The notes beneath the pieces are model-generated. The model saw only the letters and a list, made by a program, of their open reading frames with translations. It searched no databases and was not told the origin of the DNA. Of a DNA stretch of 64,000 bases, positions 63,299-64,000 are shown piece by piece (positions within the stretch are counted from its first letter, which is position 1; the number at the start of each line of letters is the position of its first letter). The position numbers and the translations under genes are program-made. This stretch comes from Actinomycetes bacterium. GTDB taxonomy: Bacteria > Actinomycetota > Acidimicrobiia > Acidimicrobiales > JABEUL01. The stretch spans positions 8,332 through 72,331 of the forward strand of contig JAJYDO010000003.1 in assembly GCA_021777355.1 (NCBI GenBank). The letters run 5' to 3'.

Positions 63299-63655
63299 TG
63301 ACGAACGTTTTAGCTGTCAGATTGAATCTGTTTATCTAGCATTTTCCATTATTATTTAGCCTGGTCATAAAGGGCGCTAGTCCGCCAATTATAGTGAATC
63401 GATCTGATTCGCGTATTTGACTGCCGAAATAGTTGCATTTATAGCTGTGAATTCCGGCCCAATTCAACTTGGCAATGTGGTACTTCTCATAGAAAAGGTA
63501 ATGTGAATTCACCATCGCTCACATGCAAGTCAACTTGGGGTATGGGGAGCAATTGGACAGAATACCGGGTTAAAGCCCTGGATTGGCAGCAAGAGACACC
63601 ACGCCTGTCCAGTGACTTTTGAGACGATTGCAAGAGCCAGTGCGAAGAGGACTCT

Positions 63656-64000
63656 CTACGATACCTCTGGGCGGTCAATGATTCGCTGCCAGGAGCCATC
63701 GGGTTGACGACGCAATACCTGCACCCTGACGCCAGTGTTGTCCGCCGAGCGGCTCGAAGTGAGTGCCAGGTTCTCAAATGCGACAGTTGGCAATGGAGAT
63801 TCGAAACCGAATTTCACTCCCGCGTCAATCATCTGCTGGTAAATCGTCCGGATTGCCTCTCGGCCCTTAACTGGCCGGTCAACGGGATAGGCTAAGACTG
63901 CCTCCCGCTCGTAGAGCGCAGCTACACCTGCTGCGTCACCGGCGTTTAACCGCTCAGTGATGAGACGTGTTACATCCTCGGGATGGCTCGCCCCTATGGT
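63656..64000 (-). CDS. NTF2-like (SnoaL/DUF4440-type) small protein; the 5' end is outside the window
   Basis: Absent from the ORF track because it is open at the edge. Reverse frame: ...HPEDVTRLITERLNAGDAAGVAALYEREAVLAYPVDRPVKGREAIRTIYQQMIDAG...VRVQVLRRQPDGSWQRIIDRPEVS*. The stop TAG is at 63656-63658. GC content is visibly higher than in the neighbouring sequence. Confidence 0.6.
   Translation of the reverse strand, partial: TIGASHPEDVTRLITERLNAGDAAGVAALYEREAVLAYPVDRPVKGREAIRTIYQQMIDAGVKFGFESPLPTVAFENLALTSSRSADNTGVRVQVLRRQPDGSWQRIIDRPEVS

Noticed and set aside
1-64000. Search by eye for tRNA, rRNA, tmRNA, RNase P, transposase, integrase, cas or known defence-system genes
   Set aside because: None was recognised in any intergenic region or ORF. 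Absence by visual inspection is not proof, so tRNAscan-SE, Infernal and a defence-system finder should be run.

Overview
The window is mostly a compact core-genome stretch. It looks like a low-GC, streamlined member of the Actinomycetota. That inference rests on the qcrC-qcrA-qcrB/ctaE/ctaC/ctaF respiratory genes, a coproporphyrin-type hemE-cpfC-cgoX cluster, a bL37-like mini ribosomal protein and many near-zero intergenic gaps. I found no rRNA, tRNA, CRISPR array, transposase or integrase.

Recognisable content:
- Translation and housekeeping: tatD, metG, a Nudix hydrolase, rsmI, ychF, pepN, gltA, tesB, cobT.
- Respiration: ctaE-qcrCAB-tatA-ctaC-ctaF.
- Heme synthesis, followed by an lnt-like gene.
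- A TetR-linked beta-oxidation-like cluster: NMO, hydrolase, ACAD, TetR, thiolase-like protein, crotonase.
- A GT4/methyltransferase/(alpha/alpha)6 envelope cassette.
- A PAS-GGDEF-EAL protein and several transporters.

The only clearly accessory stretch is about 4983-12354. It is ORF-poor and holds two decayed toxin-antitoxin modules, unusual repeats, a frameshifted secreted-protein gene and two paralogous Cys-stapled BNR/Asp-box propeller proteins.

Best candidates for undescribed biology:
1. A pore-less MgtE-type sensor (PRC-MgtE_N-CBS) whose stop overlaps the start of an Nramp-fold transporter lacking the canonical Asn/Met metal ligands.
2. A three-member family of secreted Cys-pair/Asp-box beta-propellers. 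It includes a 1152-aa protein with 14 blade-like repeats, an IPT/TIG domain and three copies of an unnamed ~120-aa domain.
3. A strictly 9-bp-phased TGTTAAY array next to a ribbon-helix-helix gene.
4. An Lnt-like protein whose catalytic Cys is replaced by Ser.
5. An MBL-Rieske fusion downstream of ctaC-ctaF.

All functional calls come from motif reading of the translations. No database search was run.
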